From contig CAWDKY010000053.1 in the NCBI GenBank assembly GCA_963802945.1, positions 64,001 to 128,000 on the forward strand: 64,000 bases of DNA. The letters run 5' to 3'. The first letter of the stretch is position 1, and every line of letters starts with the position of its first letter. A program made the position numbers and the translations under genes. Below are positions 53,140 through 62,775 of the stretch, piece by piece. The notes beneath the pieces were generated by a model. It made no database searches. It had not been told where the DNA came from and was given only the letters and a program-made list of their open reading frames with translations. Source of the stretch: an uncultured delta proteobacterium (GTDB lineage Bacteria > Desulfobacterota > RBG-13-43-22).

Positions 53140-53700
53140 CAAACAGTAATCGTTGATTTTTAGGACTGGCTTCTTAAAACATTTGTAGGTGAATTCAATT
53201 AAGGTCGAAATAGTATTAAAAATTAGCATGTTATGAGAAAGCTGTTGAACCTAATATTTTCTTTCCTGTTTTATTTTCCAATCCTATATCTCTCCATTTC
53301 TTCTCCTATTTATTTCCCTTTGAACTCTTTATAGAATGGCTATCATTTACTGAAAATAATCGGATTGTCCTATTAATTACTATTTGAACTCTGAAGATTT
53401 TGGGGGTCTTAATTTGAAAAAATGAGGACTACTTTTGAGGGGACCGGGGACTATCTGAAACATTTCTTCCTGAAATCCTCAACCTTCCATTTTTGAAAAA
53501 ATACAAGAATTCAATCCGTAATCGTTATCAAGTCGGCAGGAAATTTAAACTATCGGCAAACCAACCAGAAACCCCCACCCAACCCATCCCTTGAATTCCA
53601 GAGTGACTTCTAGGACTCCCAGCTTCCTTACCATTGCTTTCCGCCTTAGTTTTCTCCTTGACACTCTCTTTTTCTTGTCCTATATTTTTTCCAACAAAAA
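53140..53700 (+). repeat. Family R3 long form copy B, plus IS91-tail-like promoter module
   Basis: CAAACAGTAATCGTT ... CAATCCGTAATCGTT, then about 180 bp similar to 57850-58030 and 62632-62755; TTGACA-N17-TATATT at 53658-53686. Confidence 0.75.
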
Positions 53701-53788
53701 ACAAACCCTTCAAGAAGTAACATGTCCAGACCATGTCGCAAGTTAATCATTTAAAGAACGATGTTAAAATAAAGTATTAGCCGGAAAG

Positions 53789-54379
53789 ATGGTGGTTGAA
53801 ATGATTAAAAAAATACGATTTATTGTTGTACTGGTAATTTTTCTCATGTTTTTATTGGGTATATCCTTAATTTTCTCATTTCAGCAAACTTCTGCTCCTG
53901 TACCTCCCAATATTACCATTGAACCGCCCGATCCGTCTTTGCCGGCCGAAGCTAAACTCCTCACGGGGAAGTGGGCTGGAAAGTGGAATTCAAGATACGG
54001 GTGGGATTGTTTACTGTATGTGGAGAAAGTTGACAAAGATTCCGCCCAAGTCGTCTATTCCTGGGGAGAGTATAATACCTCAAAAATGAGTTGCCATTGT
54101 GACCCGAATTGGGCAAAGGTACAAAAGTCCAAAGTAATCTATCAGGAAGGGAAGGCAACCATTGAATTTATTACACCCATTCTCCAGAGTAAGCACTTTA
54201 AAAAGGAAACGCATACGTTGTCCGGGGAAGACGAAGGATGGGTCAGTAACAGTCCTAAAGGCCACGCTCATTACGATTTTTCTTTTTCAGTAGAAAAAAC
54301 CGAACCTAATACAATGAAAGGACATTTCATAAGTGGGAAAAACAGCTATCTATTTATTAAAATGAAAAAGATCGATTAA
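53789..54379 (+). CDS. Hypothetical exported or membrane-anchored protein
   Basis: N-terminal hydrophobic segment, PPDPSLP...GKWAGKW, then a beta-rich region. Confidence 0.75.
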   Translation: MVVEMIKKIRFIVVLVIFLMFLLGISLIFSFQQTSAPVPPNITIEPPDPSLPAEAKLLTGKWAGKWNSRYGWDCLLYVEKVDKDSAQVVYSWGEYNTSKMSCHCDPNWAKVQKSKVIYQEGKATIEFITPILQSKHFKKETHTLSGEDEGWVSNSPKGHAHYDFSFSVEKTEPNTMKGHFISGKNSYLFIKMKKID

Positions 54380-54593
54380 ACCTCCTAAAACGGCCCTTGC
54401 TGCTCTTGTGAGGTGGTCCCCAAAAATTGGACAATTTGATAAGCTCTGATAAACAGGGAGTGTCGATGGAATAATAAACCCCATTTCTCAAGAAAGAGGT
54501 GGAGTTTTTTCATTTTTGCTCGCGTCATTGTCCCGAAGGTGAAGGAATTGTGCGAAAAATCTTCCCTTCAAGAATGTTTGTTGCGATGGACTG

Positions 54594-54932
54594 TTACCCT
54601 TCTTTATTCTGCGGTTTTTCTTTTATTTCTATTCTTTTTTTTAAATTCGCAATTGGTGCTGCCTTGAGTTTCATGGCGTAATTAAGGTCTATCAAACTAA
54701 TTTTTACTCGGTCGCCTTTTTGGATCAACTCATGAACCGATGTTGAATCTAACCTGGCAATAATTCCCCGTTCTTCAACAAGAACCGGGAAAAATATTTT
54801 TTCGCCAGTTGCAGTCGGATCGCCTATGATAGTTCCGATAGCTTCCGTGGTAGATTTTTGGTTACTGCAAGAATAAATAAATAAAAGAGTAAGACAGATG
54901 AGGAGCACGTTAAAGCCAATTTTTCTTTACAT
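54594..54932 (-). pseudogene. Hypothetical lipoprotein with a stop at codon 2 (or alternative GTG start at 54908)
   Basis: AGGAGG RBS then ATG-TAA-AGA-AAA..., followed in frame by IGFNVLLICLTLLFIYSC (lipobox-like). Confidence 0.55.
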
Positions 54933-55162
54933 GGATTCCTCCTGAATTGTTGTTGAGTTAGGTTTTGGGCTTCCAATAAGATTAGTTTAGAGAGGCAGTT
55001 TTGTCAAATCACTCAATTATTTGTATTAACCCGCGCACAGTGATGAGATTTATAGCGAGACACATGGTAAAAACTTAAATGTGAAAGTCAGGCTTTGACT
55101 ATACAATCATTGTCAAGTTTGATGGTGACTTCTTCCTTTTAAAGAACATATTTAAGGAAAAA

Positions 55163-56548
55163 TCATCTACAGGCGGATTTTCTCTTTTCTCTTCTAAAAA
55201 ATAAATACACCAGGATACCGGCACCAATGGTGACCAGACCTCAAAGGGAAGTGATTGGCCGGTTCTGTATGGAAAAGTAGGCGATCCACAGGTTGCCGGC
55301 GATGAAAATGATCGGTGTAACCGGATAGCTGAATGTTTTGTAAGGAGACACTAAGGCTTCTTTTTTAAGTCTGAGGGTCACTAAGCCCAAAACAGTCAGC
55401 ATGGCAAAGAGGGCCAGCGTGAACCCGATATAAATAAGGAGCTTTTCAAAAGAGGAGGTTAAGATAAACAGGATAGCAATCGCCGCTTGTAGGAAAATGG
55501 AAAAGGCCGGTGTTTTATATTTCGGATTGATCCGACCGAAAAGTTTGAAAAAGACATTGTCTTTGGACATGGCGTAATAAACCCGTGGCCCGGTCAGAAT
55601 CATGGCGCTAAGGGCCGACAAGATGCCTACGGCAATGGCCCCGCCGAAGTATTTCCCAATATTTTTACCGAAGAGAGAAGAGGCCGATGTTGCTCCGACT
55701 TCCAGGACACCGCTCATCTGGCCGGCCGGGAGGGCATAGATGTAAATTACATTGAGGAGCAGGTATAATATTAAAACCAACAACGTGCCGGTGAACAGGG
55801 CGACGGGAATATTTCTGGACGGATTTTTGATTTCACTGCCGAGATAAGCTGCGGCATTCCAGCCGCTATAAGCAAAAGATACAAAAATAAGGGATACGGC
55901 AAACTTGCCCTGAAACAAAGACGTCAACGAAAAATCAATGGAGAAATGAGATAAGGATCCGGTTCCGAACAGGAAACCGCCAGTAATGAAGAGAACAATG
56001 ATTAATATTTTAAATAAGGTCAATGTGTTTTGAACCCGACTGCCGACCTTGATGCTGTGATAATGAACCAACGAAAGGATAACGATAGCAGCAATCGCTG
56101 TTAGATTGATCGGGGAAACCGTCAATAGGGTAAGGCCGGAAATAGTTAGACTGAATTGGGGATGGGCAGGAAGGGGAAAGATGCTGCCGCTGTAAGTGGC
56201 AAAGGCGATGGCCGATGCGGCAATGGGAGCGGAAAAACCCACCAACAGAGATATCCAGCCAGAAAGGAAGGCCACTAACTTTCCAAAACTTTCCCGCAAA
56301 TAAACATATTCGCCCCCGGCTTCAGGAAAAGCAGCCCCCAATTCCCCATAACAAAGAGCGCCGCAGAGGGCGAAAATACCTCCTATTAGCCAGCAGAGCA
56401 GCAAAATCATCGGATGCCCCAATTCTTGAATGATGAAGCCCGAGGTGGTGAAAATACCCGTCCCTATCATATTGGCTACAACCAGAACTGTGGCCGTGAA
56501 AATACCGATCTCCCTTTTAAGACTTTGGTTATTCATGTAATTTTTCAC
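55163..56548 (-). CDS. APC-family amino acid permease (frameshift near 55241)
   Basis: VVANMIGTGIFTTSG, GALCYGELG...PEAGGEYVYL, FAYSGWN, EIKNPSRN, GPRVYYAM. The last helix GLVTIGAGILVY lies in a shifted frame. Confidence 0.92.
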
Positions 56549-56582
56549 AACGGCTCTCTTCTAAAAAGTGGAGTATAATAGT

Positions 56583-57554
56583 CTAATGTTTTTTAGTGAT
56601 CACGGCATGTGCTATTCGAGCACCAGACACGTCACCGGCAATCGCCCCGCTACTGTCTATGAGATACATCTTTTGCATCTCAAAACCTCCTACGTCCGAA
56701 AGAAGCTCAAGCCTCCTATCTTTTAAAAAGTCTTCTAATTCCCAGGGATTAATGCCATATATATAAGGCTCGCCATGACTTGCAACGACTCTTGCTAAAG
56801 TGTACGCCGATCGCTCAAAAACAATACTATGAAGATAAGATTTAGTGATGTATTCAAAAATTACTGAGCTTTCAGGTGCACTTTGTTCAGCAATAAATTT
56901 AAGTGTCCCGTCTACTGCTTCTTTAGTCAAATACATCGTAACACCTTCCCATATGAAAAGTGTTTTTTTTGTTTTATCATAACCCACCTTCATTAGCGCG
57001 TCTTCCAGGCTTTGCTTCTCAAAGTCAATGGCAATATAGATGACATAGGAGGGTAGCGCCCCGAATATTTTAGCTACGATTTCTTTCTTCCGTCCAATCA
57101 TTGCCGGCATATCCAATTCAAAGAATTTTACATTGGGCATGGTATCATGAAAACGATACGCTCGAGTATCATAACCAGCACCCAAATTAACAACCTGTTT
57201 TATTCCTTTGGCGCCTTCGTCTTTCAAAACAGCATCAATACGTTTAGTTCTCGCTGTCATCCAATAATACCCAGAACCGACGAGAAATTTTAGTTTCGGT
57301 GATCTCTTGCGTATATCTTCTATTGTGACCTTAGATTTATCCCAAAAATCAGGACTGATAAACTTTTCAGCAAGATAGTCGGGATTGCGTATTTTCTCGT
57401 CTTGTTCATAAGCGCCAACTGCGCGTGAGAAAGCAGCCAATTCGGCTGTCCAGGATGGTTTTTCCGGACCAATTGCATAAGAAGGGGCAGGTGCTAAAAA
57501 CAGAAAAATTTGGAATATTGCGGAAAGCATGCTGATTATGAGAAGGTTATACAT
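56583..57554 (-). CDS. SAM-dependent methyltransferase, LCM/TIGR00027 family, with a predicted signal peptide
   Basis: ARTKRID, QVVNLGAGYDTRAYR, FELDMP, IDFE, FIWEGVTMYL; N-terminus MYNLLIISMLSAIFQIFLFLAPAPSYA. Confidence 0.9.
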   Translation of the reverse strand: MYNLLIISMLSAIFQIFLFLAPAPSYAIGPEKPSWTAELAAFSRAVGAYEQDEKIRNPDYLAEKFISPDFWDKSKVTIEDIRKRSPKLKFLVGSGYYWMTARTKRIDAVLKDEGAKGIKQVVNLGAGYDTRAYRFHDTMPNVKFFELDMPAMIGRKKEIVAKIFGALPSYVIYIAIDFEKQSLEDALMKVGYDKTKKTLFIWEGVTMYLTKEAVDGTLKFIAEQSAPESSVIFEYITKSYLHSIVFERSAYTLARVVASHGEPYIYGINPWELEDFLKDRRLELLSDVGGFEMQKMYLIDSSGAIAGDVSGARIAHAVITKKH

Positions 57555-57683
57555 AAACTCTTTCCTCCTTAATAAAGAAGATTAAACCACCAGCTCTGTT
57601 GTGCGAACCTAATGGGCTCTGCCGGTTAAGGGTGATAAAATCTTCGAAGCCTTAGGTCGGCGGGATTCGCTATTGTGGCTGCT

Positions 57684-57712
57684 ATATTAACGTCTCCCGA
57701 GGGCTTCGTCAA
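57684..57712 (-). promoter_or_regulatory. sigma70-like promoter for the methyltransferase-permease operon
   Basis: TTGACG-N17-TAATAT on the minus strand. Confidence 0.55.
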
Positions 57713-57796
57713 AAGAAAATTAAGAGCCCTGATTCCCTTACAATCTATTTAGATACTCTCCGAGCCGCCTCATCTTCTGGTGGTGCGGACTGTTAA

Positions 57797-58045
57797 CTTC
57801 TTTCTGTAATCCTCAAAATTCGATTTTGAAAAAACCAGAAGAGTACAAACAATAATCCTCATCATGGTAGGGAAAAATTTAAACCATTGGCAAACCAACC
57901 AGAGCCCCCACTCAAACCTAAACCCTTGAATTTCAGATAGACTACTCGGATTCTCAGCTTCCTTCCCCTTGCTTTCCGACTTGTTTTCACCTTGACTCAA
58001 TCTTTTTCTTGTTTTATACTCTCCCCATTAAAAAGAAAAGTCGGA
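57797..58045 (+). repeat. Family R3 core plus promoter module
   Basis: Similar to 53466-53700; TTGACT-N17-TATACT at 57992-58020. Confidence 0.8.
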
Positions 58046-58108
58046 TCATTTAAAATCTTTCTTCTCCAGGGTAGGATACATTCAAATTTCAGTAAGGAGG
58101 TATTTGGT

Positions 58109-58420
58109 ATGAAAAAAAGTATTGCAATCTGTATATTGATTTTTTTCTTTCTTTTAATTGTCTTTCCAAAACACACCATGGCTGCATCGCCAGGTGGCAT
58201 CATCGGTGGCGAGATTGTAATGGTAATAGGGACGATGCTTTTACTTCTTTTAATGTCGGAAGAAAATCCTTTTCACAAAGATAAAGAGAAGAAGGAAGAA
58301 AAAGTCTCAAAACATTCCGACTGGGAGATCCAACCCTTGACCAATACAACTTCATTCCAATTGGCCAATGAGAGCCAACAAAAGGAAGTGAATATTTTCC
58401 CTTTGACGATACAGTTTTAA
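58109..58420 (+). CDS. Hypothetical secreted or membrane protein
   Basis: AAGGAGG RBS, signal peptide MKKSIAICILIFFFLLIVFPKHTMA, ends in ..LTIQF. Confidence 0.7.
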   Translation: MKKSIAICILIFFFLLIVFPKHTMAASPGGIIGGEIVMVIGTMLLLLLMSEENPFHKDKEKKEEKVSKHSDWEIQPLTNTTSFQLANESQQKEVNIFPLTIQF

Positions 58421-58499
58421 TCTTGGTCTCATTAGGTGTTAATGCTGACCAGGAAGCAGGCTATGTTCCTGGGATAGAAAATAGTGAGGTCCACCACCT

Positions 58500-58840
58500 G
58501 ATTTGTTTTTGATTTTACCCTCGACCAGCAGGGCCACCTCAAACTTCTGTTTGGAGATGTCAATCCCAAGGGTCGATGTGGGCATGTCAATTCCCTCTTT
58601 CAATCAGAAGAGACGTCTGATGAGTAAAAGCCTTATCCGAATCAACCTTGCAAGTACAAACTCATTCCAATTATGGAAGGTTTCTGATACCGTACGAGTT
58701 GCTGAACAAAGCAAAGGGAAGAGGATCTAATCTACAAGACATGCTCTTAGGCATCAGGTGAAATACAAATTCTCTCTTCCCATATTACCCCAGCATCCCA
58801 GGGTATTTTATATCACTTGATAATCCATTAGAACACAAGG
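58500..58840 (-). mobile_element. IS110-family remnant: about 29 N-terminal codons of transposase plus upstream non-coding end
   Basis: ATG 58585: MPTSTLGIDISKQKFEVALLVEGKIKNK (DEDD RuvC-like GID.SK motif); about 250 bp of non-coding sequence upstream. Confidence 0.75.
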
Positions 58841-59134
58841 TGTACTCGTTAAATTCTGTACGGTATGACTATTTTTTAGAAAACTTGTTGAGTTCTTCCC
58901 GAAGTCAGCAAGCCTTCGTTTTGGATAGAACAAAAGAGTTCAACAGTAATCAACGAAAAAAATTGATACTTGCGGGACTTAAAAAGGGCAACGGCACGAT
59001 TTACCCATATTGGGTATATTGGCCAGGGGAAGTTAAACGGAAAGGGGGTATTTGTCCGATTTGTGATATTACAGAGTTAGAGATTTAGCCAAGCTGAACC
59101 CGTTTGATAATATTTTTACATCTATTGAGGGTAC

Positions 59135-59845
59135 TCAGGTCTTTTTTGCTACAACATAATAGAGCGCAACCGTCTCCTTGGAGGGCAGGTACCAAGGCCA
59201 GTCTTCCCCCGTTGGCTGCGTGTCCACGAGATCGATCCAACGAAAAGGCTTGATCAACTCGACACGAAAATGCTCCATAGATCTTCTGGCCATCTCTTGA
59301 ATCTCATGGCGTTTGAACACTACCCGCGCTGGTTTTGCACCTGGCTTGTGCTCAATCACGACGTTGCCACGGAATTCGGTCTGGGTCCCTTTGATCTTAT
59401 ATGTACCGCGCGTATGAAGAGAAAAAATTACTTCTTGTTTCGAAACTCGGGCCAGTTCTTTCAGCGCTCTCTCCACATCCCCTAACAGATAAAATAGCGT
59501 TTCCGCACAGAAGACCCGATCCACCGAGTCATCGGGCATCGGCAGGTGGAGTATATCAGCCAGGACAAGGCACACGTTAGGATAGCCGTTTGCCAATTCT
59601 GCGCTTTTAGCAAGCGCAACAGACGAAAAATCAATGCCAATAAACAAACCGCTTGGGCCACATCTCTTCATTAAATCGTGCAGATAAAAAGTATGTCCGC
59701 AGCCCACATCGCAGATTGTTTCTCCCGGCCTGATCTTCTCAATAGCGAGTTGATAAAAATAGCGGCCAGCTGCCTTTCCCTCCTTGGCTTGATCACTGAA
59801 GATCCTATCCCAGGTTACTCGCGCTTTATCTTCTCCTGACGTCAT
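59135..59845 (-). CDS. Class I SAM-dependent methyltransferase
   Basis: ICDVGCG, IGIDFS, ADILHLPMPDDSVD, ALKELARV. Confidence 0.9.
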   Translation of the reverse strand: MTSGEDKARVTWDRIFSDQAKEGKAAGRYFYQLAIEKIRPGETICDVGCGHTFYLHDLMKRCGPSGLFIGIDFSSVALAKSAELANGYPNVCLVLADILHLPMPDDSVDRVFCAETLFYLLGDVERALKELARVSKQEVIFSLHTRGTYKIKGTQTEFRGNVVIEHKPGAKPARVVFKRHEIQEMARRSMEHFRVELIKPFRWIDLVDTQPTGEDWPWYLPSKETVALYYVVAKKT

Positions 59846-59992
59846 TTCCTCTTTATAACCTCAGGATGGTTAGCAAGTCTACAACCGACGTAACCGATTT
59901 GAGGTTTACTTCCCGCGTCTTGGCAGGCGAGATATCCAATCAAAAGAATTCTTGCCTTCTGCCTGGCACCGTTATTGCCTTGAATCCGTACG

Positions 59993-60397
59993 TCATTTAT
60001 GATGGCAGGTATTGCACCGTTCAAAGTTTTGCTGATGATGACAAGCAAGAAAGCAAGTATCTACATTGACCTTGGACAAATCGATTTTCCCCTTGGGTGG
60101 AATCGGATGCGTACTGTGACAGTCGGTACAATCCGGCACATTCTCGACCTTCTTTTCGTTATGTGGTATGAACCGGTGTGGGTTGATCATTTCGCCACTG
60201 GATGCCTTAAAGGACGGCTCCTTGGAAGCTAGTTTGTCAAATGATCCCCCGTGGCAGGTCAAGCAGGCTGTTGGTCCTTTTGCCGCTTCGTTGGCAGCAT
60301 CGGCAAACTTTATGGAGTGAGCCAGATATCCACCGCGAATGGAGGCCAAAACAAGAAATGCCCCGCACAGGACCAGTCGTTTAGCTTTTGTTTTCAT
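59993..60397 (-). CDS. Small periplasmic multiheme c-type cytochrome (about 4 hemes)
   Basis: Signal peptide; CLTCH, CTDCH, CFLACH (CX3CH), CNTCH; NPH motif. Confidence 0.9.
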   Translation of the reverse strand: MKTKAKRLVLCGAFLVLASIRGGYLAHSIKFADAANEAAKGPTACLTCHGGSFDKLASKEPSFKASSGEMINPHRFIPHNEKKVENVPDCTDCHSTHPIPPKGKIDLSKVNVDTCFLACHHQQNFERCNTCHHK

Positions 60398-60612
60398 GCT
60401 GTTTGTTCAGTCTAATGTTTTCGTCCTCAATTGGAGCAAGTCAATGGTCTAAGGTGAGGGTTGGAATAGGGTGGACCATGGGTTTTCAGGCCCACCCTAT
60501 CTCGATTTATAGCCGGTTATCAGAGGCATCCGAGGTGTTAAAAAACTTACAGTATTCGCTCGCGCCTCATCAGCCGACAAGTTCCAGGGATCGTGTCCCA
60601 AAGAGTGACCAA

Positions 60613-62199
60613 TTACTTCCAGGGTTTTTCAGCCGCTGCATTCCGTCCGGCAATACGACCAAAGGCCAGGCACTCGCCGATATTTCCGCCGCCGTTATAC
60701 AGGAACGAATACATCGACCCCAATTCACCGGCACTGTAAAGTCTTGGGATGGGCTTATCGTCGGGATCGACAATTTGCGCCTTGGCGTTGCGCTTGGGAC
60801 CGCCTTGCGTGTTCAAAATGCCGAGCGAGAGCCTCATAGCATAAAACGGCCCTTGTTTGATCGGCCCCAAGTTAGTCGCGGATCTGCCGAATTCGGCGTC
60901 AACGCCTTTGTTGCAGGCATCGTTCCATTTGTCCACCGTCTTCGTGAGGTTCTTGGGGTTTACATTGATTTTTGCGGCTAGGTCGGCGATGGTATCCGCC
61001 TTTTGGATCCAGCCCTTGGCAACCTCATCACTACAGTCTTTGCTGAACTGCATCTTTTTCACAACAGACGCCCAACCCATCACCCTGGCAAGCCCAAAGG
61101 GTGACCCGGCCTTGTTATCCATGATGAGGTAGGCAGGCACGGGCAGCGGAGTCGGACGCCAGACAGAGTTGAGTTTCATATAGCCGTGGTTAGAGCGGGT
61201 GTCTTCGTCGAAATAACGATTGCCGTCTCCATCCACATAGATATAACCCGCTAAAGGCTTCCCATCCACCTTGGCGGTATTTGGAAAACATAATAACCCA
61301 AAATCGGTATTCGGGACCTTAAAAGCTGGCATCATTCCGGATTGGGCGCTCATGTGCCAGAGATTTGCGCCGACCTTGATGGCCATCTTTACACCGTCGC
61401 CGGTATTGTATGGTGTGCCGAACGGCGCTATTTCCGGGATTGCGTTATAGTCACGAATCATCTGCGGATCGTTCTCATAACCACCGCAGGTCATGACAAC
61501 GGCCCGCTTGGCTTTAATAGCAAATGGCTTGCCGCCACGCTCCGCGATCACGCCTAAGATATCTCTTGTCTTCGGATCCTGGACAAGGTTTTTCGCGGCA
61601 GTGGTAAAAAGAACCTCGATCCCTCTTTTGTTCACCGCAGCCTGAAGAACTTTCCATAGCCGTTCCTGCCCCCACCCTCCTGGGGATGCGAAATAGGTCT
61701 TAGATGAATCAGAGCCCGGAAATTCTGGAAATTCGGGTGAGCAGAATGCGCTCTGCGGATTAGCAAGCGACGGGTTACCTCCAATCCTTTTGACCCAATC
61801 GGCGTTTTTTCCCATCTCATCGGCCCAGACTGTCAGTATGTCATCAGGAATTGGCATTCCATCCGCCATCGCCTTCATGTAGGTAATGGCTTTGCCAGCC
61901 GGTGTAGGGTTAAACCAAAGATTCCCCGCTACGCGGGTGTTGCCGCCCTCTTCACCTTCGGGAGCCTTCTCGATTATAAGAACCTTTGTTCCGGCATCCG
62001 CTGCGGTAATAGCAACGGACGCACCTGCACCTCCGTAACCAATAACGACTACATCGACGGCCTTATCCCACTTTTTGGGAATAGAAACAGCGGCCTCCGT
62101 CGGGGTAGTGCTCAACGCGGTGGTAGCCGCGACAGCCGCACTTGCAATGGCGGCATCCTTGAGGAATTCTCTACGCGTCATCTTGTTCTTTTTTAACAT
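60613..62199 (-). CDS. Tat-exported FAD-dependent oxidoreductase (flavocytochrome c flavin subunit; fumarate reductase/KstD superfamily)
   Basis: TRREFLK Tat motif, DVVVIGYGGAG, GGNT, NTGDG, NTQGG, IPRLYSAGE, GGGNIGEC.AFGRIAG. Confidence 0.92.
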   Translation of the reverse strand: MLKKNKMTRREFLKDAAIASAAVAATTALSTTPTEAAVSIPKKWDKAVDVVVIGYGGAGASVAITAADAGTKVLIIEKAPEGEEGGNTRVAGNLWFNPTPAGKAITYMKAMADGMPIPDDILTVWADEMGKNADWVKRIGGNPSLANPQSAFCSPEFPEFPGSDSSKTYFASPGGWGQERLWKVLQAAVNKRGIEVLFTTAAKNLVQDPKTRDILGVIAERGGKPFAIKAKRAVVMTCGGYENDPQMIRDYNAIPEIAPFGTPYNTGDGVKMAIKVGANLWHMSAQSGMMPAFKVPNTDFGLLCFPNTAKVDGKPLAGYIYVDGDGNRYFDEDTRSNHGYMKLNSVWRPTPLPVPAYLIMDNKAGSPFGLARVMGWASVVKKMQFSKDCSDEVAKGWIQKADTIADLAAKINVNPKNLTKTVDKWNDACNKGVDAEFGRSATNLGPIKQGPFYAMRLSLGILNTQGGPKRNAKAQIVDPDDKPIPRLYSAGELGSMYSFLYNGGGNIGECLAFGRIAGRNAAAEKPWK

Positions 62200-62584
62200 T
62201 TGGATTTCTCCTTTCTGCAATTCGTTCATTGATATAAAGACAACATCTTGCCTACAATTTACGTGGCAACAATAGCATCCTTTATCCGTCCACGATCATG
62301 TCAGCTTGGAGAACTTGGAGTGAGTGGAGTGATTTAAAGTAATTGTAAATATAGGTTTCGGCATTGTCAATAAAATAAACAAGGTTGTTTAAGGTGCATA
62401 TTTGAGTAATGTGCCTGCACTTTATTCGGGTTAAAAGATGGACCAGAATCATCCTAACTTGCACACCCCCTAAGCTTAACAATATCGATTAATAATTTCT
62501 ATTTTTCTCATAAACCATAACTTCACGCTTCGTAGATATTCGTTAAATTCGGTACGGTGAGGCCATGTTTGAAAAAATTGAGGA

Positions 62585-62775
62585 TTTCTCCCGTATTCTT
62601 CAAAATTCTCTTTTTGAAAAACCTAAGACTTCAAATAGTAATCCTCATCAAGTCGGCAGGAGATTTAAACCATTGGCCAATCAACCAGAAATCCCCACCC
62701 AAACCTAAAGCCCCCGAACTTCAGATAGACTACTTGGAATCCCAGCTTCCTTTCTATGAGGAAACCCAAGATTAG
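62585..62775 (+). repeat. Family R3 core plus IS91-tail-like module
   Basis: Similar to 53466 and 57797; translates as ..LNHWPINQKSPPKPKAPELQIDYLESQLPFYEETQD*. Confidence 0.75.

Noticed and set aside
54409-54433. tgaggtggtccccaaaaattggaca resembling an IS3-family terminal inverted repeat
   Set aside because: Isolated 25-mer with no partner repeat or adjacent transposase.
11632-55241. Numerous frameshifts (CoA-transferase 2, cstA-like, ArsA 1, AAA ATPase, hsdM, hsdR, ACAD, uvrB, glgC, permease) as pseudogenisation, phase variation or programmed frameshifting
   Set aside because: They are mostly single-base indels in short homopolymers, they also hit conserved housekeeping genes, and the proteins are otherwise intact without nonsense decay. 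Sequencing or assembly error is the simplest explanation; read polishing would decide.
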